Origin: Adineta vaga
Taxonomy: Eukaryota; Animalia; Rotifera
Assembly: GCA_021613535.1 (NCBI GenBank)
Contig: CP075494.1
Coordinates: 4,650,001-4,714,000, forward strand
DNA: 64,000 bases
Reading direction: 5' to 3'
In this document: positions 37,621 through 51,111 of the stretch, piece after piece
How the letters are laid out: each line of letters starts with the position of its first letter
Numbering within the stretch: the stretch's first letter is position 1
The notes under the pieces: model-generated
Database searches by the model: none
Told to the model about the DNA's origin: nothing
Seen by the model: only the letters and a program-made list of their open reading frames with translations
Made by a program: the position numbers and the translations under genes

Positions 37621-40102
37621 CCCACGAAAAATTTTTTACACGAATACCGCCGATAGATGCGGTATTTTTATAATGACTGCGGGTATGCTACTGAACACCG
37701 CGGGGTCAAAAATAAACCGTAGCTAATCGCGGTAACCTCCAAAAGAACTGAAACATGATGCACCGTAAAAAATCGCGATTGTAAAAATTGCGATGAGATG
37801 TGGATTAGTTGCGGTATCAGAGAAGTGCCATCTTTCATAATTCTATTTTGCAAATGTCTCATTACAAATCGCGATTTCCTGATTTTCTCGAAAGATATTA
37901 TCGTTCTAAATATGGCATAATCTTATTATCTTGCTAGCTTTTTTCATATTATGTTTGTATAATGGTATATATAATAAAACTTTCAATAGGTCAAGTCATC
38001 ATTTTATGCGAAATATCCTAATTGGAATTGAATTTAAAATGCTCTTCTTCATAGGAATTGACAACAATTGTAAGGAAATCATTTTAAAAATAAAAATCTA
38101 ATCTTTTTCACCAAACCATTATGAACTCTATGTTTATATTATAGCTGTTCTTTTTATGTGATAACGTAAGATAAATTCTAACAAAAAATAATTCAGTAAG
38201 TCGAAGTAAGAGAAAAATATTATAGAGTTATATAAATATGAAATTTAAATAAACAGTTGTTTAATCTAATATTATATGTAATAAAAAGATAACCATATTA
38301 AGTAAGTATTTTATATAGTAATTGTCAGACTTCACTACGACAACTATTTATAATAACATTTAAAAAATATTAGAAACATAGCTGGCGGAACTATTAAGTT
38401 TGGGGAGATTGAGTTTGGTCTACTCTTTTCCTCTTTAACAGCCTGATAAAATGGTGGATGTAAGGTATGTAGCTTTATTGAGGGAATGAGGTTGAGAGAA
38501 AACACCCACACCCACACTCAGAAGCAGAAGCACTGCTCTTATATATTATCCGCGATCACATATATATGATTCAAAGCATCCGACTCATATACGCACAATT
38601 CATAGATTCTTTCACTCATGAGTTATCATGGCTGTAGACCATGACAGTGGGACACATAGCTCAAACAGAAAGGAAACAGAAAAAGTGAGCGCATATTCCA
38701 GTATGTTGGAAACATTTTTTTCCAGTAAACAAGATTGGAAAAATATACTGAAGTATGAAGCCGTTTTTTAATTAAAAAATGCTTTACACGTAAAAAAAGT
38801 TTTCTTTCTTGTCCGGATGTTTCGTTGCGTGCGAGACGTTAACAACTATTTCATTGTTGCTACGAAGGAAAAGGAAAAAAAACTTTGCTTAAACGCTTCT
38901 AATATACTAATAGATTTTTTTTCTTCTAACAGCATTATGCGCGTTTTAAGAGTTTGCTGTGTAGTAATACATCAAAATATTCTTCATGCAACTTTTACGT
39001 CTCTTCTGATCGAGGCGCAGTCGTATTATTCATCGAAAATCACCAATAGCTGATAATTATTCTAATTCTTTCCATCAGCCCTCTGCTTGTTAGAACTCCA
39101 TTTATTGTGTCTCAAAAAACCCTGTGTTAACGTAGATTCATGAAATTCCCCGGAAAAATCTTAAAACTTCTAAAGTATTATTACTACCGTTGACTTTATG
39201 CTCTTGCCATTGTGTCAACTTTTTTCAGCCTCCCTTCAGCTGAAAGTACTCCGGCGCGTATGGTTAAAAATTCATATACAATATTATTACAAGTCAATCT
39301 TTTCGATTTATAAAATTCAGGTATGCCTATAGAATAATATCTATGTATATTTCGGAGTATAGATTTACATACATGTTAAATTCTGATAGATATAAAGCTA
39401 GACTTTTCATAACCACATAATACTGTAGTTTAACAACTGAATATTCGATTAAATCTGTATTTTACTCTAGTTACTATTTATGAAAATAGATAATGCACTT
39501 ATACGATAATAATTATTAGTATTAATTATAAATAAAAGCGGCTTTCGATCTACATACAGTTCATCGTCAACATGAATGTTTCAGGAAGTTCAATAAAATT
39601 AATGATACGATATAAATATTTCCAGTGATCATACGACTTTTATAAAGCTGTTAGTGAACGAAACATATTAGACTAAATGAAAAGATTTTTCATCACCGAT
39701 TAGATAAACTATCATGTTTGATATTGATTTGAACATTCCCAGATAGTTCAGCGGAACTAGTGGACTGCAATCATAAGGTAAGAAGTTCGAATCTATAACT
39801 AGAAGAAATAAGATAAAATAGATAGTGGTATTTAATGAATCGATCGAGGTGTTAGATAACCGTGTTAAGATGGTAAAAAGATTGTAAAGATAGAATAGAT
39901 ATCAGAAATAATATACCATTATGATGGTGAATTATTTTTCTTTGAAATCGTTAATAACTGCGGTTTGAAAATACCGCGATCTCAGGCGGTGTGAAAATAC
40001 CTAATAAAAGGTCTGACTTTCGCGGTGCGGTTAAACCGCTAAGATGAATGTTTTTTTGCACCGTAATTTACCGCAGTTTCGATCGAAAACTTTTTTCGTG
40101 AG
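37621..40102. mobile_element. Non-autonomous DNA transposon with terminal inverted repeats (CACTA/EnSpm-like by structure)
   Basis: Left end TA|CCCACGAAAAATTTTT; right end AAAACTTTTTTCGTGAG|TA (reverse complement CTCACGAAAAAAGTTTT). TA on both flanks. Clusters of ACCGC/GCGGT subterminal motifs at ~37645-37815 and ~39958-40075. No transposase ORF. Confidence 0.7.
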
Positions 40103-40514
40103 TAGTAGTCATTTTTTTCAAAATAACTTTTAATTCATTGTATTTTTCATTGGTAATATAGAATACATGACTTAAGACTTAAAAATGATCAGGTAGATAT
40201 CACTGTGTTGCACTCCTCTATATACTAACATTTACAATTTCAAATATTTATGAGAAGGATGAAAACTAACAAAGTAATATTTTGCAATCGCTATCTACAT
40301 TAGAAATAATCATTAACTTGAATTTTCTGAAAATGTTGATATATAACTATGATATTTTATCTACTCGAATCTAATCATCAATATCAGTCGATTGTAGCTA
40401 ATGTTTGAAGATATACCCTAACACCATTGTATTTAGCAAGCATTTTGTATTTGTTTATTTGTTTTTTCTAGACAATTTATTGATACTCTTAATTGGTCAT
40501 ATTGCGCTTGATCT

Positions 40515-41354
40515 ATGAAGAAACCGTCAATTTCACAAGTCCTAATTATTTCGTGCGTTATCATTCTACTTATTTTACTCAGAGTCATTCATCAATCGGG
40601 TACAAAATCCATCATTCCTTTAAATGTTAATAGTGATTGTGAACAATCTCTTATTGAAAGCGACGGATTTATTTGTGAATCAAAATCTGTATGGTATGAA
40701 CGTAAAAATGTCTTTCGTTCTCAAGATGACTTGAATGTAATAATGCATAACGATCCGGTCTTTTTTGCGACTAATTGGGAACCGACGTTTCATTGTTCTA
40801 ACACGCGGCGTATAGGTGCAAGAGGAGATGGTGGTAAATGGATATGTGATCCACATCAAATAAAGTTACAACAAACTTGTCTAATTTATAGTGTTGGTTC
40901 CAATGGTGATTTTTCGTTCGAAACAGAAATTAAGAAACTCATACCTCATTGTGAAATTCATGCATTTGATCAAAATTTATATTCATGTCCAACGAATATT
41001 TGCACTTTTCATAGAATCGTCTTTGGTAATGGAAATCAACCAAATAATTCAAAGAGTTGGCAAACTATCATTCAACAACTAAATCATACAGATCGATTGA
41101 TTGATATACTTAAAATTGATATTGAAGGTTCTGAATATGATTTTTTTCCTCTGCTCTTTCAATCTCAAAAGAGTACATTTCCACGACAAATTCTTGTTGA
41201 AGTTCATCCAGTAAATAAAACTATTATCGAAGATTTCTTCAATACGTTTCGCAAGAATTCCTACGTTATCTCCAACAAAGAAAATAATCTTTATGCTGGA
41301 GCCTATTTTTTTGAGTATTCTTTTCTCAAACTCAATCCACTCTTTTTTCGTTGA
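40515..41354 (+). CDS. METTL24: METTL24-like (Methyltransf_22) protein with N-terminal membrane anchor
   Basis: NWEPTFHC...RIG..GDGGKWIC, CLIYSVGSNGDFSFE, CEIHAFD, IDILKIDIEGSEY, RQILVEVH. Confidence 0.8.
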   Translation: MKKPSISQVLIISCVIILLILLRVIHQSGTKSIIPLNVNSDCEQSLIESDGFICESKSVWYERKNVFRSQDDLNVIMHNDPVFFATNWEPTFHCSNTRRIGARGDGGKWICDPHQIKLQQTCLIYSVGSNGDFSFETEIKKLIPHCEIHAFDQNLYSCPTNICTFHRIVFGNGNQPNNSKSWQTIIQQLNHTDRLIDILKIDIEGSEYDFFPLLFQSQKSTFPRQILVEVHPVNKTIIEDFFNTFRKNSYVISNKENNLYAGAYFFEYSFLKLNPLFFR

Positions 41355-41369
41355 TTTTGTTTTCGAGAA

Positions 41370-41700
41370 AAATAAATAGATTATATTCAATAATATTCTA
41401 CAAGTTTGTTTTTCTAACATTGAATATTCATAAAATCTAGTAGTAATACCTGAAAAAGCAATACTTTTACAACTATATTCCATAGCCAATCGAAATCTTG
41501 CACGATAACAATCAGTTAATAATGTTGATCGTGTTCGACCTTGTGTTCATCAAGATAAGGACACTTTCAGAGTTAGCCGGCAGCTTAGAACAGAACTGTA
41601 TGCAAGTTCGGATCCAGTGATTTGATATATGAGATGATCAATATCATCGTCTTTACTAGACTTTGTAAATTTAGTATCTAAAACTAAAATTTCTTCCTCT
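41370..41700 (-). pseudogene. Degenerate macrodomain (MacroD/YmdB-like) fragment
   Basis: IDHLIYQITGSELA (cf. VDGAIHRAAGPEL), KLPAN, LLTDCYRARFRLAMEYSCKSIAFSGITTRFYEY (cf. L..CY...L.LA....SIAFP.ISTG.Y.YP). The pieces lie in different frames. Confidence 0.55.
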
Positions 41701-43130
41701 TTCTTTTGAGATCATTAGTGCTTTTAAGTGAAAGAACTATAAGTGTTTGTAACTGTCACACATACGCTTCCACATATGAAAAAGAAGAACAATCAAATTC
41801 TTCTTGTCTTTGAACGACTAATAATATTTCTCGTCTTTTCTTTTTCTCAGATTCAATGAAATTGTTGTCTAGGGAATGTAAATTTCACACGCACATTACA
41901 GTTTTAATATTAATAGCAAGGTATTTGCTATGATAAAGAATCTCTCTTAAAAAACGTGTCTTTGACTACAATTACACATCTTCATACTTCAGTTTTGATC
42001 GCATCAAACCGTTACAAACATACTGATTTTTCTTTTTCTTCTCACATTCGCCACGTGCCTACTGCATAAGTATACTTTGAATGATTTTCTACAGGTAAAA
42101 TAAACACATGCTGTATTGATGGAAAAAAAGGAAAGAAATCAATTTGTACTGTTGAATTGCTGTATCTCCGAAGCTTGTTTAGAATACTAACAAAAGAACA
42201 TCTACCGTGATATTATGTTTTGCTCAAAATAGTACTTTTATTTAAAAATTCATAAAAATGCAATTAATCTCTATATTATTATCTCACTCTTTATTCTCAT
42301 ATTATAAAAGAATGTCTTTTTCCCTTTTAACATGACATTCTTTTTTTTCACACATATTTCAATTAATTCCTTGATACATGCGTTCTTTTGAATTTCGTTC
42401 GTGGCTTGTTATCTCAACTGTCAACAATAACTCGGTATTGATTGTCATATATTTGTTTCATTTGGAGATACCAAAACTTTGGAATTGATATGTACGTACT
42501 ATAGTGATGGATATAGCTGTCTGTCTTTGCTCTTACTTCCATATGCTTATATAAAAAGCACTGTTCATATATTAGTCATGGAGTATTTTTAATGAGATGC
42601 ACTTAGTGAGCATTACCGTAGTTCTGCCTACTTTTTCTCTATTTCTTACTTTTTTTTATCTTTTTCGACGTACGCATATGAAGTTGTCATTTTGTGACAC
42701 AATGATTTCATGAACTGTACATCAAAAAGATTTGTTCCGAACACGAGACAAAAGCATTGATACTCAATTGAGAACATCTGCTATCCGAATTGAATCATTA
42801 CATTCTGTTTTCTGAGATAATTAAAAACAAGTTGTCAATAAGCATATAGTTAGGCGCGACTTTCGTTCGTCAAATGTTTTACAGCTGAAAGAACATATGT
42901 TGATGCATAGTAAGACCTATAAGAATTCATTTCTTTTAAACATTTGAAATCCGCTGATTGCACCGCATTCTGTAGTCGAGTGAAGCTCACATGTCATCTA
43001 GTTCATACATTCTTTTCTTTCTAGAGCATTTTTTTATTACTATATTTCATGTTCAACCTCAAGTCATTTGAAAAAGAAGCGTAGTGTGTTTACATACCTT
43101 AATAAAAGATTTTATCCTACTTAACTTAGC

Positions 43131-44308
43131 ATGTCAAATGCAACAGATATGTCAACATTACCATCAACACTTATTAATATTCAGAAATCTATAACATTAT
43201 ATGGAATGCCATTGCTATTGATTTTTGGAACTGGCGGTAATATGATCAACTGTGGAGTTTTTCTTCAAAAAAATTTACGTTCAAATAGTTGTAGTATTTA
43301 TATTATTGCATCATCGATTTCTCATACAATATTACTTATATGGGCTATGTCAACGAATCTCTATTCTTTTCGTAATAAAGATCCTCTTACATATTTGATT
43401 ACCTATTGTAAAATTCGACCTTATCTAATTAGTTTTCTTTTTATGATTTCTCGAACATACATTGTTATGGCATGTATTGATCGTTATGCTCTTTGTTCAC
43501 CATATGTTCATATAAGAGCATTTAGTCGTATTCAAATTGCATTTCGACTTATTCCAATAGTTATTCTTGTTTGGCTCTTCTTACCTATTCATCTGCTTAT
43601 TTTTAATACAATTGAACAAGATCGATGCATCATGCCTGGTTTATACAGTATTCTTTATGCTGTATATGTAGTGCTTTGTGGAGGTATTTTGCCACCATTT
43701 TCTATGATTACTTTTGGTCTATTGGCTTATAGAAATCTTCATCTCATGCGACAACGCATTTTACCAGTAAATGCTGATGAACGAAGACAAATACGTATTA
43801 AAAGAATCGATTATCAAATAATGAAAGTAAGTTTTTTTCTTACTTTTGTAAAGTTTCTATATTATAGAAAATAATTGTGAATTCTATTTGATAGATGCTT
43901 TTCGTGGAAGTTGTGATCTATTGCGTTTCAACGTTACCATTTTCGATTAGTACTGTTTATGCAGCTGTTACAGTAAATGTAATTAAAAGTACGGAGCAAG
44001 CAGCTGTTGACAATTTTTTAGCATTTCTTGCTGGATCAGTATTACAATATGTTAATGCTTCAACAGCAATGTATTCAAATTTACTTACATCTGCAGCTTT
44101 TCGACATGAATTGGAGAAATTAATAAAACATTGTATACGACTCGATTGTAAAGTTAATAATGCTAAATATAATCGACCAAATAGATTGGTACCTGTTAAT
44201 GAAGTTTATATAAATAATATGCATCAAAATTGTGTTGTAAATAAGAATCAACCGTTGGAAACTGGTATTCCGCATAGAATGGATCATCACAAAAATACAA
44301 TGTGTTAG
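43131..44308 (+). CDS. Rhodopsin-like GPCR; 2 exons
   Basis: GN in TM1, YCK, ACIDRY. Intron ~43827-43894. TM6-7 and FRHEL helix 8 in exon 2. Confidence 0.88.
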
Positions 44309-44748
44309 AGATTAGAGCAGACAATTTCTTTTATCCGATGGTTTTGATTGACTTTGTGTAAAAAAAATGAATTAAAGTTCAATAAAAGCACTTTTTCATC
44401 TACTTGGTAGCATTGGTATGAATAACTTACTTCTTAGATACTAAAACTTATATCTACAATCATTTAGTTATTATTGAAAAGAAATAAGTTTAAATTCTGG
44501 TGTACACGTGAAGGTGAATTTGAATGAGATAAGAATGAATTAGCTACTTTCACATGTCTATACACTCTGTTTATGAATCACTCGTTCGTCAATGCATGCT
44601 TCAGCATTGTAGCCTCTAGGTACACTTCTCTTTGATGATATCGGAAGAAAACCGAAAGAAATGTTATTGACGTTATATAAAAGTAAAATAACAGTTAAAT
44701 TTTAATATAGTATTCTTTTTCTTGTTTTGATTGATTCTCTCTAGGCAA

Positions 44749-45292
44749 TTAATTGTCGCTGATGTACAGAATAAAACATGAAATGATAGTAACAACAATC
44801 AAGCTACACCCTACTATAAGACAAATTAACCCAGGTTTCGAATTCGGTTTGTACCACTGGGCCAAATTTGCATCTGCTCGTTTATCATGGTAACAAGTAT
44901 ATTCAGAACCGATCTACCAACGAAAAAATGATGACGACATATATATGTTGAATGAATAAAAGCTTTGAAATGTTTTCACTTACAGAATATTTGTCAAGTT
45001 CATTCAATGCTATTGCATAAAAATACGAGTACGATCCTGTGATTCGAGCGCGCTTTCTATCACTATCTACCATGATCATTTTACTGTTATATTCAACGGT
45101 CCACGCAGGTGCATAACATATAGACTCATGAAAAGAATGCTGAACAGCTATCCCATCCATCACCAAGCATATATTCTCAATAGAATAGTTTTCTTTGTGA
45201 CGTTGTATACCAAAAATAATACTACCTGTTATTGTTAAAATTATAGCAGAATATCCAAGAACAATCGAAAGAAAAACTAAACATCCACCCAT
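44749..45292 (-). CDS. Two-TM protein with Cys-containing extracellular loop (BK-beta/KCNMB-like topology); 2 exons
   Basis: TM1 at the N-terminus. Loop ENICLV...CYAPAWTVEY...KYS|IGSEYTCYHD. TM2 GLICLIVGCSLIVVTIISCFILYI, stop at 44749. Confidence 0.7.
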
Positions 45293-45779
45293 TTATTTCA
45301 AAGAACTCTTCGAACAACTCAGAGAGGAAATTTTTATCAATAGTATCTATATGGACCAGGATTACTTATATACTATTTGTTGAATAAAACTTTGAAATGA
45401 ATTGATTTACAAAGTGACCATTATTTATAGTTACTTTGTTATCAAAGGAAACGATTCAAAATCTCTCTATTATTTACGTATGACATTTCTGATTGCCTAC
45501 CGACAAAAATATTACTGATAAAAGAGGATATAAATACGAATAATTTGCTTATCACTAGTCAGAAAAAACCAAGTTTGTCATGTTCGTATTTTATTCATCC
45601 GAATTTCAATTCTTCGAATATAATACGCTAATTTGTATAATGAGCAACATTTATTTCGATGACTGTTTCAAGTGTATATCACTCTATAGTTTCATTCACT
45701 TACAACTATAGCGTACGACGTTTCATGCAATCGACCATACATAAACACAATCGTATGTTCAAATTATGTTAATGTTTTT

Positions 45780-48700
45780 TTACAGAACAACCTGTTCAGT
45801 TGTTGTTTCATTCATCTGATATCGTCGAATGTTTCGGATCCACCATCGATAAGCCAATAAACTTTGACCAATGATAAGACGAAGAATATATCTTAAACCT
45901 ATTCAAAATAAAATCAATACTATGTATTTTATATGTACAAAATAATCAATAATGATACCTCCGTATAGACCTAAAACCGTTGTTAATATATAGAAAAAAT
46001 TATTTTGATCGGGCAGTGTATATTGACATTCCATTGGTCGGCACGTTTCAAAATATGTAGTATAATTACTCTCATTTTGCCACATTTCTATAAAGAGTCT
46101 ATGAACCAAATAGTCCATGGAAATATTTTCAAATTTTGATAATCGAAATCCATCAAATGGCAAACAACCTCTGTATATATTTTCTGTCAATTGTTCCATG
46201 CAATCAGACGATGTTGCACAAGTACAATTCGATGATGAATATCGACGTGAACTAGTACTAATAAGATAATATTCATTTTCACTAGTGAAATCGATTAACC
46301 AATTAGTAGTAAATGCATTCAATAATTGATTTACTCCAAATGATCCGATAATATATGAAAGAGTTCGACGAAAATCTGCTGGAATCTGTATAATGAATGT
46401 AGAAATAAGTGCATTGATTTGAGTATCAAATGAAGAACGAGTAATAGTTTCTACATTGATCAATTCGCGATTACTAAATAGTTCCGCTTTGTTTTCAATA
46501 GTACGACGAGCTACATCGCATAATGATGCTAAGAGTCTATAATGAGCACTAAGCTCAAGAGAAATATTGTCTTCCTTTTCGTATAAAAGTGACCAATAGG
46601 ATGGTGAAATAAATTGACTGGAACATATTGAATGATAACGTGGTGTGATATTCAAAAATGTGGAATAGCTGATTGTTGCAGTCGAACACGGACAAGAAAG
46701 AGTCGAAATATCTTTCGTATGTAAATCATTAACAATATCAGATGTTGGAAATGGAATTATTGTTGTCACTGTTTCTTCATTAAATGGACCAGCATAGAGA
46801 AAAGCAGCAGTGAGAAAAAGGAAAAATATTAGCACGTAGACACGAGTAGCAATGATCTCTTGATGTTCGAGTTGTTTGTTAGTTTGAGATATTTCAGTCT
46901 GAAATAAATTAAATGACCAGAATTTTGAAGATACTCGATTAGTCTGCTCTTCATCATTGGAATCCGTAGAAGTATCTAAACGAAAGTACATGTACACATA
47001 CACAAAAAAATTCCCTCTATTTTGAAGTTTCTACTTATTGTTACTGTAGTGTTGATATTTCTTTGTTGATATTCTGTTCGTTTTTTCCACCATCGTCTGA
47101 TAATTTTAACTATTGGTGGTAGAATTACTTCTAAAACAACACTTAATCCACCACCAAAACCAAGCATCATCGTCACCATATAGAGCATATCGAAACGTTG
47201 CATAACATTATATGTACATTCTTTAGGCCCACAACGCGTAAAATAATTCGTGTAATTACTAGAAGTAATCCATTCTTCTATGAATAATTGTTCAAAAATA
47301 GTTTCTATTGTACTATTTGGAAGAAAACGACTATTCGTATTGCGAAGTGGTGAAATAGTAACGGCCCGACTATCTAATGGTCGAACTAAATTGATTACAT
47401 CAAAATCATACATATCTACAATGAGTTTGAGACATTGTTGATCGTACAAGCATTGTAAATTTGATAAGAGAAAAGAATCAATAGGATAACAACCAAGAAC
47501 TAATCCCGGTACGGTGATATTAGGTAAAGAATGAATTGTATCCGATCGAAAATAGAAACCAATTGGACGTGTACATCGATTCGACAGAGCACATAAACAT
47601 GAATTAGAATAGAAACGTCGAGATCGAAAACGAAGCGACCATTTCAATGTTTGATTATCGAAACTTGAAACTGGTGCATCACTAGTAAACAATTCAGTAA
47701 CTAAACGATTAGTTTTAATAGAAGAATGTACTAGATCGACAAGATTTAAAAATGAAGAGACAATTTGACGTTGAAATTGTTTTATACGAGCAGTTGTTCG
47801 AAGCTGAAACTCTTCACGTGATATGGCGTTTGCTGTAAATAATCGATTAGAATAGAATGCATTGAGAGCATTTTGAATAGTTTCATTCGTTTCTTTACAA
47901 AAGATTTCTAAAAGTTCGAAAAAGGATTGACCACTAACACGAAAATCAGTCGTCAGAAAGGAATCTGCCAGTGCATCAATTTGGACCGGACCGAAATAAG
48001 AGAGCCAATAATCTTGAAGAAATTCACTGGAACATACTTCATGAAAACGAGGGATAACGGACATAATTCGGATATGAGATATAGACATATGTGTACATTG
48101 ACAGTTGAGTGTAAATGAATGAAGTAAATGTAACTCTTCAAATTCGGCAAGAGAAGGAAAAGGAACATTGTAAGTACGTTTATTTGTTGTCAAAGATGTA
48201 TAGAAACCTAAGCTAAGAAGACCAATGAGTAAAAATAAGATATATAAACGAGTAGCAATAATTTCTGCGCGTTCATCTTCTGGATCATTATCGTCATCTT
48301 GTGAAAATAAATTGAATGTGTATATTGTTCGATGAGCATGAGCGATTACAGCTGAAATAAAAACAAGATCATTTATCGAATTTTAAATAGAAACATTCTT
48401 CACCGACCTTCATCGAGTGGTCTTGGAGCTACACTTAGAATGGCCTCTTCAATACTCGTTGGATTTACCGGAACTGTCGGATGTTTCTGTCGTCTTTTCC
48501 ATATTACTCGTTTCCAAAGTTTTACAATAGCTGGTGTAATTAATTGCCAAGCAATAACGAGACCACCAAAAGCACTTACACATATAGTAAAGACTGTAGC
48601 AAGAGAAAATCGGTCTACATAACTGTAGGATAATGATCGTGGTGCACATGTAACAAAATAATTTTCATAACTCGATTGACTTTGCCATGACTCGAGGAAA

Positions 48701-49865
48701 AGAGATTCATCATATATTGATTCAATTGTTGTATTTATGGGAAATTTAGATGATAAAGGATTTAGAGCTTTTAGTCGAAGAAATTGTGGTCGGAGAGTTA
48801 ATGTATCAATACATGATTGATTATAAAGACATTCGAGTGTCGATTGACGCATCGAATCAAGAGGAAGACAGCCAGCCATTAAACCTGGAATCTAAAAATA
48901 ATATCGCATAAATAATTATCGAGAAAAAGAAATTTTTATTTCACCTGAATACGAGGAATTGCTATTGATTCTGTTGAATTAAGTGAATCTGGAGGTGTCC
49001 ATCTATCAAACATGCCAGCTGGATTTATACATCGATTTCCTTCTGATCGACAAAAACAATTCGATTTCATCGTTTCGTTCATCTTTACATAAGCACCATT
49101 AATTGCTAAATATGAACGTGAACCAGGCACTGATTGAATATAATAATTAGTTCGTAATGCTGACACTACTCGATTCTCAACTATACTGAACGAAGTTAAC
49201 GCTGCAATTCGTTTTTCATTAACAATTGTATCGCGTTTAAAATTAGTAAATAACACATCCATAATTCGAGTAAATTCAGCCCGAGAAAAAGCACGATTCG
49301 TCACAAGATGAGTTGAAGCGAAAGTATGTTCTGCGTTTTTAACAGCTTGACGTGCTGTACGACAAAGAAGAGTAAGAGCACGAAATTGTGCAAAAGTAAA
49401 TGTACGAAAATCGAGAATATTATGAGATGTAGCATTTGGAAGAAAGAGCGATGAAATCCATCTTTTACTAATAAATGGACTCGAACAAACTTGATGAAAA
49501 CTTGATGATAGATTAACAAATTTACCATATGAAATCGATAGTTGAGTACAAGGAACATGAACCGTCTGTGGATGAAGAGCTTCAAGTCGTTCAAAATCAT
49601 TGATTGTAAAGTTTTCGAGAGTAATTTCATATGTTCGAACGCAAAGACTAGTATAAGCAATGACTACTAAAATAGAAATAGCAAGAAAAGAGAGAAAAAG
49701 TCGTGTATTCAACAATTGTTCAGCATAAGTTATCGTTGATGACCAAAGTGGATGGTCAGAAAAAAGATTTAGTTCACGAATTGCACGAATAAGACGAGAA
49801 CGAGCAGCAGCGAATACACTTTCAGAAATCGATCGTGGTGGTGGTGGTGATGAATTCGTTCGCAT
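45780..49865 (-). CDS. Large membrane protein with three tandem TM-Cys-rich ectodomain-TM repeats (copy B, paralogue of 28332-32196); 5 exons
   Basis: Colinear similarity to copy A, e.g. IRELNLFSDHPLWS vs VRELNLFSNDPLWS, PGLVLGCY.IDS, LYAGPF.EET, GC.PFDGFRLS, YTTYFETC.P.EC.YTL.D.NN, VLGLYG|GL. Confidence 0.85.
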
Positions 49866-50441
49866 TATTCATGAAAGTATATATTTTGGAATTAACATAT
49901 TAAACAAATGTAGCTACTAAGAAAATAATTCCTTTCAACAACGGAATTATGCGATATGTTCGGTTAAATATGCGTGTTATTCATCCTCAGCGCGAGACGA
50001 TGCTTTCTTTTTTTCTTCTTCACGCTAAGAAAATATCAATGATAAACAAGACCATATTTAATTGTTTTCACTAATAATCGTCCTAGAAGTCAATACATAC
50101 AGTATTGATATTTATTCTGTTCTTTTCTTCCAAATGCCTAAGTAGTAGTACCAAAATCAATTAGAAAGAGAAAAAAAATGTTCTATACCCCATACTGTTT
50201 ACATCATTACATACATGGAAAAATCCAGTAAATAGACGCTATTTGTGTGTTACTCTTTCCAAACATCTGTGAATTATCTTATCTGGATTTACATGCAACA
50301 ATTCAATACATGTATTTGTTAATTTTCTTTTTTTAATTATGTATCCTCGAATAGATTTCGATTATAAGAATAAACAAAAGTTAATGATGAATTCAAAATT
50401 CTTTTATTTTCTTGAAAATAACAGTTTTTAAAGATTATTTA

Positions 50442-50771
50442 TTAGTCTTCTTGTGATCTTGATGTTACCGCTTGACGAATGCAAACTTGTGGACCATTAT
50501 TATTCGTTGAATTTGTTTTATCATTTTTACAGTCGTCAGTGACCGTGTTAACATTGGATGTGATAATTACTGGCTTATCAATCGTCTTTGTATGATTTCT
50601 ATGTGAAAAAAAATGTCCTTCAAGTATTTAGATAAGAAACAAATAAGAATTTGAATAGAGTTTCCGATTTATCGAAATTAATGCTGGAAATTTTAATCCA
50701 TGGAAAGATACGTAAAAAAACGAACGTTAAGTTTACCCGGTATTGAGTTGCTCTTGTTGTTGTTGCTCCAT
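50442..50771 (-). CDS. Putative short hydrophilic protein (~64 aa); 2 exons
   Basis: MEQQQQEQLNTG|NHTKTIDKPVIITSNVNTVTDDCKNDKTNSTNNNGPQVCIRQAVTSRSQED* via a phase-compatible GT-AG intron. Confidence 0.35.
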
Positions 50772-51111
50772 GCTCCGTCTTTGTTTCTTGACTGTTAACT
50801 TTGAAAATGAAAAAAAAACTATAGTCTTTCTTTTCTCTCTTTTTTTTCGTTCTGTTAAGAAGTGCAAATACATTGCTGCCATTTTTTTCTCTTTGTTATG
50901 AAGAAAAAAATGTGATTCTATAAAAATAATTTCAGAAGTGAGTACAGATGAATGAAGCACTATAACTTGCTTTTAAATTCTGCAATACATCATAGTGATT
51001 GATCAATTTGAATACCATTATGTATTCTTCACTAATTCTCAATTTATTTTCGAATTATCATAAAAGAAATAAAGAAAAAAAAAAGAACGGATTTGTCGAT
51101 CGCATTTCAAT

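Noticed and set aside
38300-39900. Transposase remnants inside the TIR element
   Set aside because: No DDE or CACTA transposase motifs are recognisable by eye.
41079-41354. 3' part of the 136-aa minus-strand ORF
   Set aside because: Antisense to the METTL24-like CDS. Only the upstream part is macrodomain-like.
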